Assembly (NCBI RefSeq): GCF_009914755.1
Contig: NC_060925.1
Reading direction: 5' to 3' (one strand)
DNA length: 64,000 nt
Source: the human T2T-CHM13v2.0 reference genome, Homo sapiens
The position numbers and the translations under genes were made by a program. Under the pieces are notes generated by a model. That model saw only the letters and a program-made list of their open reading frames with translations. It ran no database searches and was not told the DNA's origin. Of this stretch, positions 1 to 14,589 are shown in pieces (the stretch's first letter is position 1; each line of letters opens with the position of its first letter).

Positions 1-160
1 CTTCCCAGCCAACTCCCCAGGAGAAAATACGCTTTTGTTCCTGTTCCAGTACTAATTTATTTGCACGTATGTTACAGACTGTTGTTTGTGGTTCAGCTCT
101 AAAAGTTCTTTGAGGTCAGAAACCATGTTTTGGTCATCTTTGTATTTCCGTGGCCTATAG

Positions 161-216
161 CAACCACCAGCCCCACCACCACCACCACCACCACTACCAC
201 CACCATTGCTACCACT
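161..216. repeat. (CAC)n imperfect trinucleotide repeat
   Basis: ccaccaccaccaccaccactaccaccacc. Confidence 0.9.
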
Positions 217-244
217 CCTAACCTATGAAAATAACAAACAGCTT

Positions 245-445
245 TGTTTAATGATTATGATATGCCAGGGATTGTGATATATGTAAAATTTAATTATCAA
301 AGTAATTCTATGAGGTAGGAATCATTTCCCCCATTTTACAGATTTAAAAAATGGAGACCCCTTGAGGTCAGTGTTAGCTAATAATGGCAGAGCTGAGATT
401 TGAAGCTAAATTTGTCTTAACTCAGAAGCCTGTGCTCTTAATTAT
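245..445 (-). mobile_element. MIR SINE
   Basis: ccccattttacagat...ggcagagctgagatttgaa...gcctgtgctcttaa is the reverse complement of the MIR core. Confidence 0.75.
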
Positions 446-534
446 TGTGCTTTTTAGGAATATATCCAATCCAAATTGGCATATATATCTCTTAGGTTCT
501 TTTTGGTGAGTAATTATAGCCAAATACTTTTTAA

Positions 535-1815
<1,281 letters not shown>

Positions 1816-3132
1816 ATTTTTAATTAAAATTTTTATTTTGAAATAATTGTGGATTTGCATGCAGTTGCAAGAAATAATACAGAGAAATTTTGTGTACTCT
1901 TTACCTAGTTTCCTCCAATGGGGAAAACCATAGTATAATATCATAACTGAGATATTAACACTGACACTGCTAAGACACAAAACATTTCCATCACCACAAG
2001 GATCCTTCATGTTGGCCTTTTAGAGCCACACCCACTTTCCTCCCATCCCTTACCCTTTTCTTAATCGCTAGTAACCACTGATCTGCCTTCTTATACTATG
2101 AGTCTTTCATTTTAAGGATGTTGTAAAAATGGAATCATATTGTAGAAGCCTTTTGAGATTGGCTTTTTTTATTCAGCATAATTATCTGCAGATTCATCTA
2201 GGCTTAGTTTTATTACTGTAGTTATATAAGCAGATTTGGAATGGGATAGATTGCTGCTTTATTCTTTTTCAAAAGTATTTTAGCTATTTCAGTTCCTTTG
2301 CCTTTCCATATAAGTTTTAGAATAATTTTGTATATATCTACCGAAAAATATTTATGAGATTTTGATAGAAGTTGTGTTAAACCTGCATATCAATTTGGGG
2401 AGAATCAACGTCTTTACTATGCTGAGTCTTCCAATACATCAACACTATGTGTTATTTTGAGTGTCTTTGATTTCTTTCATCAATGTTTCATATCTTTACT
2501 ATGCAAACCCTGAACATGTTTTTAGATTCATTAGGTTTTAGATTCATTCATTAGATTCACATCTAAATATTTCTTTTTCTTTTTTTTTTTTGAGGGATTA
2601 TAAATGGTACTGTATTTTAAATTTCTGTTTCTACATGTTTATTGCTAGTATAGATAAATATTGTACAATTCATTTTTATATGTTAATCTTGTATTATTTC
2701 TTTTGGGAAATTTTAAAATTATGAATTTAATTTCTTTAATAGTTATAGCGTGATTCAAATGATATATTTTGTATTGTATGAGTTGTGTAGCTTGTGCTTT
2801 TCAAGGAGTTAGTCCATTTCATCTAAGTTGTCCCTTATTAATTCTAGGTGCTTTTTGACGATTCTTTGGGATTTTCTTGACAGTCATATAAAAAGTAAGG
2901 ACAGTTTTTTTTTTTCCATTTCCAATCTGTATGCCTTTTGTTTTACCTTATTCCTCTGGCTAGAATGTCTAGCACTGTGCTGAATAAAATGGTAAGAGTG
3001 GACATCCTTGCCTTGATTCTGATCTTAGAAGGGATACACTCCGTCTTTCACCATTAAGTGCAGTTTTAGCTATAGGTTTTTATAGATACTCTTTATCAAA
3101 TCGAGGAAGCCTCCCATAATTCCAACATTTTT
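1816..3132 (-). mobile_element. L1MC/L1MD-type element, 3' UTR and part of ORF2 (continues 10346-11207)
   Basis: T-rich tail followed by ttttgaaataattgtggatttgcatgcagttg; decayed antisense ORF2; 16 bp TSD at 1800-1815 and 11208-11223. Confidence 0.75.
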
Positions 3133-3207
3133 TATGCCAATACCATGCTGCTTTGGTTACTATAGCTCTGTAGCATAATTTGAAGTCAAATAATGTGATT
3201 GCTCCAG

Positions 3208-3233
3208 TTTTGTTGTTGTTGTTGTTGTTGTTG
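3208..3233. repeat. (GTT)n microsatellite inside L1 ORF2
   Basis: ttgttgttgttgttgttgttgttg. Confidence 0.9.
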
Positions 3234-5322
3234 CTCAGGATGGCTTTGGCTATTCTGGGTCTTTGGTGGTTCCATATAAATTTTAGAATGATTTTTTTCT
3301 GTTTCTGTGAAGGTGTCATCAGTATTTTGATAGAGATAGCATTGAATCTGTAGATTGCTTTGGGTAGAATGGACATTTTAACAATATTGATTCTTCCAAT
3401 CCATTAACATGAAATATCTTGCCATTTTTTTGTGTCCTTTTCAATTTCTTGCATCAATATTTTATAGCTTTCACTTTGGAGATCTTTCACTTCTTTAGCG
3501 AGGTTTATTTTTTAGTATTTTATTTTATTTGTAGCTTTTGTAAATGGGATTACTTTCTTGATTTCTCTTTCAGATTGTTCACTATTAGCATATAGAAATG
3601 CCCCTGATTTTATATGTTCATTTTGTATCCTGCAAGTTTACTGAATTTGTTTCTATTCTAATAATTTTTTGATGGAGTCTTTAGTTTTTTTTCAGATCAT
3701 ATCATCTGCAAACAAGGGTAATTTGACTTCTTCCTTTCCAATTTGGATACTCTTTATTTCTTTCTCTTGTCTGATTGCTGTAGCTAGGACTAACAGTACT
3801 AAGTTGAAAAATGGGGTGAAAATAGACATCCTTGTCTTGTTCTAGATCTTAGAGGAAAGACTTTGTTTTCTGTGTCCAGTATGATACTAGCTGTGAGTCT
3901 GTCATATATGGCTTTTATTATGTTGAGGCATGTTCCTTCTATACCCAGTTTTTTGCAGATTTTTATGAAGGATGTTGAATTTTATCAAATGCTTTTTCAG
4001 CATGAATTGAAATGATTGTATGGTTTTTGTTCTTCATTCTGTTGATATGATGTATCACATCAATTTACATATGTTGAACCATCCTTGCATTCCTGGGATG
4101 AATCCCACTTGCTCATGATGGATGACCTTTTAATATATTGTTGAATTTGGTTTGCTAGTATTTTGTTGAGAATTTTTGCATCAATATTCATCAGATGTAT
4201 TGGCCTCTAGGTTTTCTTTTTTTTGGTGTGTCTTTGTCTGGTTTTGGTGTCAGGGTAATACTGGCCTCGAAGGATCATTTTGGAAGTAGAATCAGCTCTC
4301 TTCCTCTATTTTTTGGAGTACTTTGAGTAGGATTGGTATTAGTTCTTCTTTAAATGTTTGGTAGAATTCAGCAGTAAAGCCAATGGGTCTCTGGCATTTC
4401 TTTTCTGGGAGACTTTTTATTATGTCTTTGATCTGGTTACTTGTTATTGATCTATTTAGGCTTTGGAGTTCTTCATGGCTCAATCTTGGAAAGTTGTATG
4501 TGTCTAGGAATTTATGCATTTCTTCTAGGTTTTCCAACTTATTGGCATATAGTTGCTCATAGTAGCCTGTAATGATCCTTTGAATTTCTGTTGTGTCAGT
4601 TTTAATGTCCCCTTTTTCATCTCTGATTTTATTTATTTGGGTCTTCTCTCTTTTTTTCTTAGTTTAGCTAAAGGTTTATTGGTTTTATCTTTTCAAAAAA
4701 ACAACTTTTCATTTTGTTGATCTTGTGTACTTTTTTAAAATTTCAATTTCATTTATTTCTTCTCTCATCTTTATTATTTCTTTTCTTCTACTAATTTTGG
4801 GTTTGGTTTGCTCTTGCTTTCTAATTCTTTAATCTGCATCATTAGGTTATTTATTTGAAGTTTTTCTACTGTTTTGATGTAGATGCTTATTGCAGTAAAC
4901 TCTCCTCTTATTACTGCTGTATTCCATGGATTTTGGTATATTGTATTTCTATTTTCATTTGTTTCAAGGAATTTTTAAATTTTCTTCTTAATTTCTTCTT
5001 TGACCCACTGGTCATTCAGAAGCATATTGTTTCATTTCCTTGTGTTTGTATCGTTTTCAAAGTTCCACTAGTTACTGATTTCTAGTTTTGTTCCATTGTG
5101 ATTGGAGAAGATATTTGAAATGATTTTAATATTTTTGAAATTTTTAAGACTTGTTTTGTGGCTAACATGTGGTCTATCTTTCAGCATGATCCATTTGCTG
5201 AGGAGAAGAATGGAAGAATGCATATTCTGCAGCTATTGGATGAAATGTTTTGTAAATATTTATTTGATCTATAATGCAGGTCCATTTGGTCTATAGTGAA
5301 GATTAAGTCTAATGTTTGTTGA

Positions 5323-5803
<481 letters not shown>

Positions 5804-6557
5804 TGAATTGACCCCTTTATTATTATATAATTATCTTGTCTCTTTTTAAAATTTTTGTCTTGAAATCTATTTTGTCTGATATACATATAGCTATTCCTGC
5901 CCTTTTTTGGTTTCCGTTGGCATGGAATATCTTTTTCCATCCCTTTATTTTCAGTCTATGTGTATCTTTATAGGTGAAGTGTGTTTCTTATAGGCAACAG
6001 ATCATTGGGTCTTGGTTTTTTTATCCATTCAGCCATTCTGTATCTTTCGATTGGAGTTTAGTCCATTTACATTCAATGTTATTGTTGATAATTAAGGACT
6101 TACTACTGCCCTTTTGTTATTTGTTTTCTGGTTGTTTTGTGGTTTTCTCTTCCTTTTTTCTTTTTTGTGAAAATGATTTTCTCTGGTGGTATATTTTAAT
6201 TTCTTGCTGAAATTTTTCGTGTATCTGTTGTAGGTTTTGTTATTTTATGTTACCATGAAGCTTACAAATGACATCTTATAACCCATTATTCTAAACTGAT
6301 GACAATTTAACTCTGCAAAAACAAGCAAACAAAGAGAAAACTAATAAAAAGTCTACACTTTAGCTTCATCCCCTTGCTTTTTAACTTTTTGTTGTTTCTA
6401 TTTATAACTTCTTATACTGTCTATTTCTTACAAAGTTGTTCTAATTATTATTTTTGATTGGTTCGTCTCTTAGTCTTCCTATTCAAGATATGCATAGTTT
6501 ATACACGACAATTACAATGTTATAATATTCTGTATTTGTCTGTGTACTTAACTATAA

Positions 6558-6896
<339 letters not shown>

Positions 6897-9791
6897 GACC
6901 TTCATGTAATTTCTTATTGCTCATTAATGTCCTTTTTTTTCAGATTGAAGAACTCTCTTTAGCATTTCTTGTAGGACAGGTCTGGTGTTGACAAAATCCC
7001 TCAGCTTTTGTCTGAGAATGTCTTTATTTCTCTTTTATGTTTCAAGGATACTTTTACTGGATATACTAGTCTAGGATAAAAGTCTTTTTCCTTCAGTAGT
7101 TTAAATATATCATATCTTTCTCTCCTGATCTGTTAGGTTTCCACTGAGAAATTTGCTATCAGACATATTGGAGCTCCTTTATATGTAATTTTTTTTTCTT
7201 TTCTCTTGCTGCTTTTAGAACCATTTCTTTATCCTTGACCTTTGAGAGTTTGATTATTAAATGTCTTGAAGTAGTCTTATTTGAGTTAAATGTGCTTGGT
7301 GTTCTATAACCTTCTTGTACTTTACTATTGATATCTTTCTCTCTAGGTATGGAAAGTTCTGTTATTATCTCTTTGAATAAACTTTCTGTCCTGATGTCTT
7401 TCTCTTCTTCCTCTTTAAGGGAAATAACTCTGTATTTGCTCTTTTGAAACTGTTTTCTAGATCCTGTAGGCATGCTTTATTATTTTTTATTCTTTTTTCT
7501 TTTGATTCCTCTGTGTATTTTCAATAGCCTGTCTTTAAGCGCTCATTAATTCTTTCTTCTGCTTGATCAGTTCTGCTCTTGAGAGATTCTGGTGCGTTCT
7601 TCATTTTGTCAGTCAAATTTTTCAGCTCCAGAATTTCTGCTTGATTCCTTTTATTTCAATCTCCTTGTTAAATTTATCTGACAGGATTCTGAATTCCTTC
7701 TCTGAGTTATCTTGGATTTCACTGAGCTTTCTCAAAACATCTATTTTGAATTCTCTCTGAAAGGTCACATATCTCTGTCACTCCAGAATTGGTCACTGGT
7801 GCCTTATTTAGTTTGTTTGATGAGATCATGTCTTCCTGAATGGTCTCGATGCCTGTGGATGTTCGTCAATGCCTGAACATTGAAGAGTTAGGTACTTATT
7901 CTAATCTTTGCAGTCTGGGCTTGTTTGTACTTGTCTTTCTTGAGAAGGCTTTCAAAATATTCAAAACTAATTGAGTGTTATGATCTAAGTTTTTGGTCAC
8001 TGCAGCCATAAGTGCATGAGATAGCACCTCAAGCCTAGTAGCACTGTGACTCTTACAAACTCGTAGAGATACAATGGTGGTCTTGGTTAAGATCTGGGAG
8101 AATTTCCTGGATTACCAGGCAGAGCCTCTTGTTCTCTTCCCTTACTGTTTTCCAAACAAACAGCATCTCTCTCCATGCTGAGCTCCCTGGAGTTAGGGGA
8201 AGGATGACATAAGCACTCTTTTGGTCACTACCACTGGGACTGTACTGGGTCACACATGAAGTTGGCATAGTACCAGGTCCTGCCCAAGGCCTGTGACAAC
8301 TATTTCCTGGCTATTGCTGATGTTTATTCAAGGCCCAAAGGCTCTTTAGTCAGTGGGTGATTACTCCTACTAGGACTTGATCTTTTCCCATAAGAGCAGC
8401 AGGTTCCCTTCTGGACCAGGGTGGGTCTGGAAATGCCATCCAGGCAGTAGGGCCTGAGATCAGGGGCTTTAAAAATCTGCTTCATGCTTTATTTTACTGG
8501 GGCTGAGCTGGTACCGAGATTGCAAGACAAAGTCCCCTTTACTTTTCCCTCTCCTTTCCTCAAGCAGAAGGAGCCTTTGCCCATGGCCAACACTGCCCCA
8601 GGCCTGTGGTAACTATTGCCTGGCTACCACTGATGTTTATTCAAGGCCCAGGAGCTCTTTACTTAGCAAGTGGTGAGCTGACAGGCATGGGTCTTTTCTT
8701 TCAGGGGAATGGGTTCCCTTCTGTCCCAGGATGGGTTTAGAAATTCCATGTAGGAGCCAAGGCCTGTAATCAGGGACTTTAAGAGTTGGCTTGGTTCTTT
8801 ATTTTACTGTGGCTGAGCTGGTACCCAAGTTATAAAGTCCTTTTTACTCTTCCCTCTCCTTTCTTCTAGCGAAGGAGTCTCTCCCCATGGCAACCACAGC
8901 TGGGAATGTGCTGGATCACACCTGAAGCCAACATAAAACTGGGTCTTGTCCAAGGCTTATGGTGACTGCTGCCTGGCTACCACTGGTATTTATTCTATTC
9001 AAGGTCTAAGGGCTGTTTAACCAGCAGGTGGTAAATTCTGGCAGGATTGGGTCCTTCCTTTCAGGGCAGCAGGTTCCCTTCTGGCCCAGGGTTGGTCTAG
9101 AAATGTCATCCAGGAGTTATGGCCTAGAATGGGTGCATTAGGACTCTGCTTGGTGCTTTATTTTACTGTGGCTGAGCTGGTATGCAAATTGCAAGACAAA
9201 GCCCTCTTTATTCACTCTTCCCTCTTTTCCTGGAGCTGTGAGCTGTGCTGCCTGGGATTGCAGAAGGGGCAGTACAAGCACTCCCTTGGCTACCCAAGCT
9301 GGTGTCCCACTGGATCATGTGCATCCCAAGTCCACTGACTCTGAGCCCAGCCCAGCACCAGGACTTGCCCAGTAATTGCAGTCTAGGCCACAAGAACTAG
9401 TTTATTGAAGACCCTAGAGCTCTTTAGCTTGCAGTGGTGGGACTAGCCAGAACTCAGGTTCTGACCACTGGGATGGGCGATTCCTCTCTGGCTAGGGCTC
9501 ATCTAAATGCTCCTTCTGTGGGCACCAGCTGAATTCTGCCCTGTGTTGCTTGTGGTGTGAAGGGACTCACTGAGTTCCAATGCAAAGTTCCATTATCACT
9601 GTGCTCTCTGCTTCCCAAGCACACAGATTCTCTCTTCCTGTGCCGTGTGGTATTTCTGTGGGTTGGGGGAAGGGTAGTGTCAGCAATTCAAGACTGTCTT
9701 TCCTACCCTCTTAGGTGCCTCTTTCCTTGATGTGATGTTAAAACTAGGTACTGTGATCAGTCCTGATTTGTGGTTCTTAAGAAGGTCCTTT

Positions 9792-10251
9792 TGAAACTCA
9801 CCCAATTGTCCCAAAGAGCTGATGTTTATGGTTTCTTTTGAATAAACATAGAAATTGACCCTTCTATTCTTAAAACTAGAGAAAGTTATATTTGTCTTAT
9901 TGGAGTTCCTTCCTCAGGAAACTGAACCTTAGGCCTCCCAGATATTATCAAGGAACTGAAACTCAGCAGATCACTGCATCCAGACAGTGAAAGGCCAGAC
10001 CCCTCATTTATCATGACTGCTTCCTTACCTCTCTTTAATTCCTGTTTTCCTGCATGTAGCTTATTACTTCCTTGTTATATAAGTCCTCAGTTTTAGTTGG
10101 TCAGAGAGACAGATTTGAGACTGATCTCCCATCTCTTTGGCTGCAGCACCCAATAAAGCCTTCTTCCCTGGCAATACGTGTTGTCTCAGTGATTGGTTTT
10201 CTGTGTGGCAAGCAGCAGGACCTAGAGCAAGCCCCTGGTGTTTTGGTAATA
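9792..10251 (+). mobile_element. Solo ERV LTR (LTR47-like) inserted in the L1 5' UTR
   Basis: TG start (tgaaactcacccaattgtccc), TATA-like tatataag near 10076, AATAAA near 10152, end ggtaata; cttt on both sides; L1 5' UTR resumes afterwards. Confidence 0.75.
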
Positions 10252-10345
10252 CTTTCTTTTGTGGATAGTTGTTCAATTTGGTGTTCCTGTGGGGAGGATG
10301 ACTGCTGGAGTGTTCTAGTCGGCCATCTTGCTCTTTCTCCTCCCC

Positions 10346-11207
10346 ATTCCAATATTTTTGAGAATTTTTATTATGAATGTATATTGAATTTTGTCAAATA
10401 CTTTTTCTACATCAATTGCAATGACTGTGTAATTTTTCTTCTTTATCTTGTAATATGATGGATTACAGAGATTGTTTTTCAAATATTGAACCAGCCTTGC
10501 ATCTTTGGGTACATGCTTCTTTTTATATATTACTGATTTCTATTTGCTAACATTTTGATAAGGATTAATGCCTCTATATTTGTGAGGAGTATTGCTCTGT
10601 AGTTTTCTTTTTTGATACTATCTTTGGTTTTGGTATCGAAGTAGTACTAGCTTTATAAAATGAATTGGAAAGTGTTCCCTTCTTTTATATTTTATGGAAG
10701 AGATTGTGTAGAGTTGGTATTAATTCCTTAAGCCTTTGATAGAATTCTCCAGTGAAATTATCTGTACCTGTAGATTTCCTTTTGGGGAGTTTTAAAATTA
10801 TGAATTCAATTTTCTGGGGCTATTTTGTCAAATGATCTATTTTGTATTGGATGAGTTGTGGTTGTTTGTACTTTTCCAGGAATTGGTCCATTTTATCTAA
10901 GTTGTCAAATCTATGTGTGTAGAATTGTTCATAGTATTACCTTATCATTGTTTTGATATTTTCAGGGTCTGAAATGATTTCCCTTCTTTTATTACCTGGT
11001 ATTGGGCATTTGTGTCTTTTTTTCTTATTTAATTACTTCTCAGTCATTATAGAGATTTGTCAATATTACTGATCTTTTTAAAGAATGAGCATTTTGTTTG
11101 ATTGATTTTTCTCTATCGTTTTTCTGTTTTGAATTTTATTGGTTTCTGTTCTTTAGTGGAAGGAATAAGGAAAAGCATGCCTACTTAGTCTTCTTGGAAG
11201 TGGGATC
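10346..11207 (-). mobile_element. Continuation of the L1MC/MD element (ORF2, then a probable 5' tip)
   Basis: gagaatttttattatgaatg...ttgaattttgtcaaat continues directly from the L1 sequence interrupted at 3132. Confidence 0.75.
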
Positions 11208-11350
11208 CCTCTTGTGTCCTTTTGACATGCCTATCATTTCTGATATGGCTATCAGAAATTTTTGGCATAACAAGATATTCCAAGTTCATCTTGTACCTCT
11301 CACCCCTGAAGCATGAAATTAGTCATTTCTCCAAAAAGCCCTGGTTTTAC
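11208..11350 (-). mobile_element. Continuation of the L1MC4-like element
   Basis: tgtccttttgacatg...acaagatattccaagttcatcttgtac...catttctccaaaaagccctgg. Confidence 0.6.
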
Positions 11351-12569
11351 TTAGGATTGATCTCCATAGGATTTTGAAATGGGTGAGAACTATAGGTCTG
11401 CTCTCCAATAAATCTATTACTACATTATAATGAAAGCAAATCCCAGACCAAATTCTGCCACATATACAGTATATACATTTATTAACTAAATTCTTGTAAT
11501 CAAAGTAGCACATAAAAAACTGTCTTGCAGGCTTGAGAAGTCCTAGCTCTTTAGTCTCCTAGATGTTTTGAACACTGATTCCATGGTAGGTCACTATAGG
11601 TAAACTCCAATTTTCCATAGGCAGGGTACTGATACCACCACTCCTACTCCCAACCTCCACTCCTCAGCCAGCATCAGGGAGAAAGAAGCTTCCAGAGTCC
11701 ATGTTGGCTCAGGACCAAGGAGGAGTTTTAGCTGAGAGCATAACCCTGTAGGTAGAGTACCTACACATTGGATTATCTCACAAATTCCTGCAAGGGTGGG
11801 GAGTACCCCTAATATATTGACATAATCCATGTATCTTGAATGCCTTCAATTTCACAGTGTTAGACCACTTTTGGTATTCATTATTACTAGTCAATAGGCT
11901 GCTATTTTAATCAAGAATAAGCAAAGCACTCATTTCTGACAACCCCTTATAGTAGCTCCTGCTGGCGAATGGGCTCTCTGAAGAGAAGGACAGCTGACCA
12001 CCACTGGACAATGCAATCTTGATTAGAATGCTTGTGGTACCAGGGTGACAGCTTGACCTAAGCAACATTTATGTAGAATATCCCACTGTATGTATCCTAA
12101 TCTATAATTAGGAGCCCTTTTAGATATTTCCAGAGGGATACCATTATTAACAAGTGTTCACTGAGCAATTGTTACCTGCCTTATGTTAGAGAAGGCTTGC
12201 TATAAAGAGAGAGCTCTTAGATCCTGCACTCCAGGACAACAGGGATGAGGCACCCTGGTCCCCACTGTATCTCCTATGCTGACTTCTAGGATCTCACAAT
12301 AAACAGTGCCCGACTGAAGGTGGAAGACAGAAGGAAGGGTGAATTAGTTAAAGGGAACCCAGGGAACTACTACTCTCAAGATAAAGAGTGTTAGAAACAG
12401 GAGAAATTGAATGAAATGGCTTCCTTGGCAAGTGCTGAAGATCTTTAAAGCAGCTCTGAGAGGAAAAGAATTAAGGGCTGAGACAGCCTTCACCTTGCCA
12501 CCTGTGATAGTAGCTACGTCTTTTCCTTCCTGTTACCTAAATCTTAGCCCACTGGGGTGCATCTAAGAA

Positions 12570-12935
12570 TCGCTGTCTCCCTTGCCACCTGTCTTTGTCA
12601 ATCTGTATCTCTGTGTCCCCTCCCTCCCTCCTTTCCTTCTCTTCTCCCCACCTTCTGTCCTTATTGCTCTTTCTTGTCTCTGTCATTTTGTTTGTGTCTG
12701 TTTCTGCTTGTTCCCATGTCTCTTCATCTCAGTCTGTCTGTATTTACCTCTCTGTTTCTGTTTCTCTTTCTCTTTCTGTATCCATTGCATTCACTCTCTG
12801 TCTTGCCTTTCCCTCTGTCTGTCTTTATCATTTCTGCCTCTGTGTGCCTTTCTGTTTCTGTTTCTCACCCTCGCTTCCTCACCCTGTCTCCCTCCCTCTT
12901 CCTGTGTTATTCATCTGTCCTCTTTCTCATTCCCA
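12570..12935. repeat. CT/TG-rich low-complexity polypyrimidine tract
   Basis: ~360 nt degenerate (tctg/tctc)n; source of the spurious L/S/F/C-rich ORFs. Confidence 0.85.
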
Positions 12936-13619
12936 TCATGTGTAGCCACTGAGATGCGTAGACTGGGATGTATATGTTATTATCCACCTTGATTATAGTT
13001 ATTGATAATTATACGTTTCTAAATACTTGGTACTTTCTTCCCATGATATAGAGGTACACATTATATTCCTCATCCCACCAGGGTGTCAAAAAATTATCCA
13101 CCCTCAGAGGTTTATTTCAAGGTACAAATTACCTGTGCAAATAGTGACCCTCAGTCTCCAGCAGGTGCTCCAAGATGTATCCAGAACAACATGGGGAGCA
13201 GGGCATGGACTGTCCCTGCTGCACAGTTAGATGAGATCCCCATACTGCCACCCCGTGGCACCTCCACCCTCCCTCAGGGCTCTTTGGGAACTCTGGGGTC
13301 ATGATTTGGGATCAATTATCTTTTAAGCATTCCAGATGCTGAACTGGCTGCTTCAGCCTGAGTGGGTTCATGATGCTTTGCAAGGGTGGCTGTGGCCTGC
13401 CTACTTGTTGGAGGAGTACAGTTGGCATCGCTGACCCACACAACAGGACAGAACTCCACAACCTCCATGGGATCCTCAGCTGTGACAAGATCATTCCATA
13501 CTTTGCACTGAGTTTGTGGGTAAGAAGATAAGTTTATATAAGGTCTGGTAGGTATAGGAGAGAGGGAAGAGGCAGCTAACCACTTTTTAAAAATGCACTC
13601 TGGGATGGGAGTCTCTCTG

Positions 13620-13775
13620 CCAGAGGCCTTCCATAGATGCTATGTATTTAGTCCTACCAACAACCCCACTCTATTAGTGAAATAACAGATGAAGAGAATT
13701 TAAAGAATTTTCCCTAAATCATACACCTAATAAGCTGCTAGTCTGGGATTCAATGAGCTCATATTCTTTCCACTT
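13620..13775 (-). mobile_element. MIR fragment
   Basis: caacaaccccact...acagatgaaga...atacacctaataagc...tctgggattcaa. Confidence 0.5.
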
Positions 13776-14113
13776 CACTAGTGATTTTCAAGCTTTTTTA
13801 AAAAACAAAAAAGAATAGAAGCCTTTAGTTTTAAATGGTATCTTAGTTGGCATTTCAGTATTTAGAAGAGCTAGATACTTTGCTGTTGTCATTGCAGAGG
13901 AGTAGGGTCCAGGGCCTCAGCACCTCTGCCACCGCCAGCCATTTGTGGCAGCCCCAGAAACATGTCCATGAGAACAGGGTGAAGATCGACTCTGCCTGGG
14001 CCCCTTGGCTCACTGGCAGTGAAGGGACAGGAAGAGCCAATGGGAGTATGCCTTGGCGGATTTGAGAACAGTTAGCACAGTGACCGTGGGGAGATAGTGT
14101 ATGGGGCATGAAA

Positions 14114-14589
14114 TATCAACCTAAAGGAAGAAACTGAGGCACAAAATATAATTTTAAAGAGTTTCTTTGAGCCAGGGTGAGCACAGCTGCCCAGGAAACA
14201 CTTCCCGGTTACTGTAGGAAGCGCTCTTTTCAATCTTTGTGGCAAGTAATCTTTTAAAGGCAAAAAGAGGAACAAGGAGTGGGTGGATACAAGATTGTTT
14301 GTTAGGAGTTTTCATTAGTTTACATAAATAACATTGATCAGTAATTGGCTTTATATTGTTGAACTATAGAGTAGGGGTTATGGTGTCCAGTGTGTAGCAT
14401 TGTTAGGTTAATGTATAGCTACCAGTGGCATCAATCTAGAGTCCACATAGCAAGCAGCTTCAAGAGATGATACTTGGCTCAAGGGGAGATGGGGACATGA
14501 CTGCTGCTTCATTCCAGTGCCTCTCTGGGCCCAATAATTTAGGCAGAGCTCACATTCCTCATATAAAAAGTTTCATTTCTTCCCCAACA
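14114..14589 (-). mobile_element. Solo ERV1-class LTR (MER4/MER34-group-like; subfamily uncertain)
   Basis: The minus strand begins tgttggggaagaaatgaaactttttatatgaggaatg and ends tgcctcagtttcttcctttaggttgata. Confidence 0.7.

Noticed and set aside
2519-2560. Local repeats of ttagattca
   Set aside because: This is ordinary slippage duplication inside a decayed L1.
8240-9232. Repeated units as a possible CRISPR-like or satellite array
   Set aside because: The units are long diverged monomers inside an L1 5' UTR, with no repeat-spacer structure, and the sequence is eukaryotic.
12557-12992. Three overlapping 116-136 aa ORFs
   Set aside because: They are artefacts of a stop-poor CT-rich low-complexity tract.
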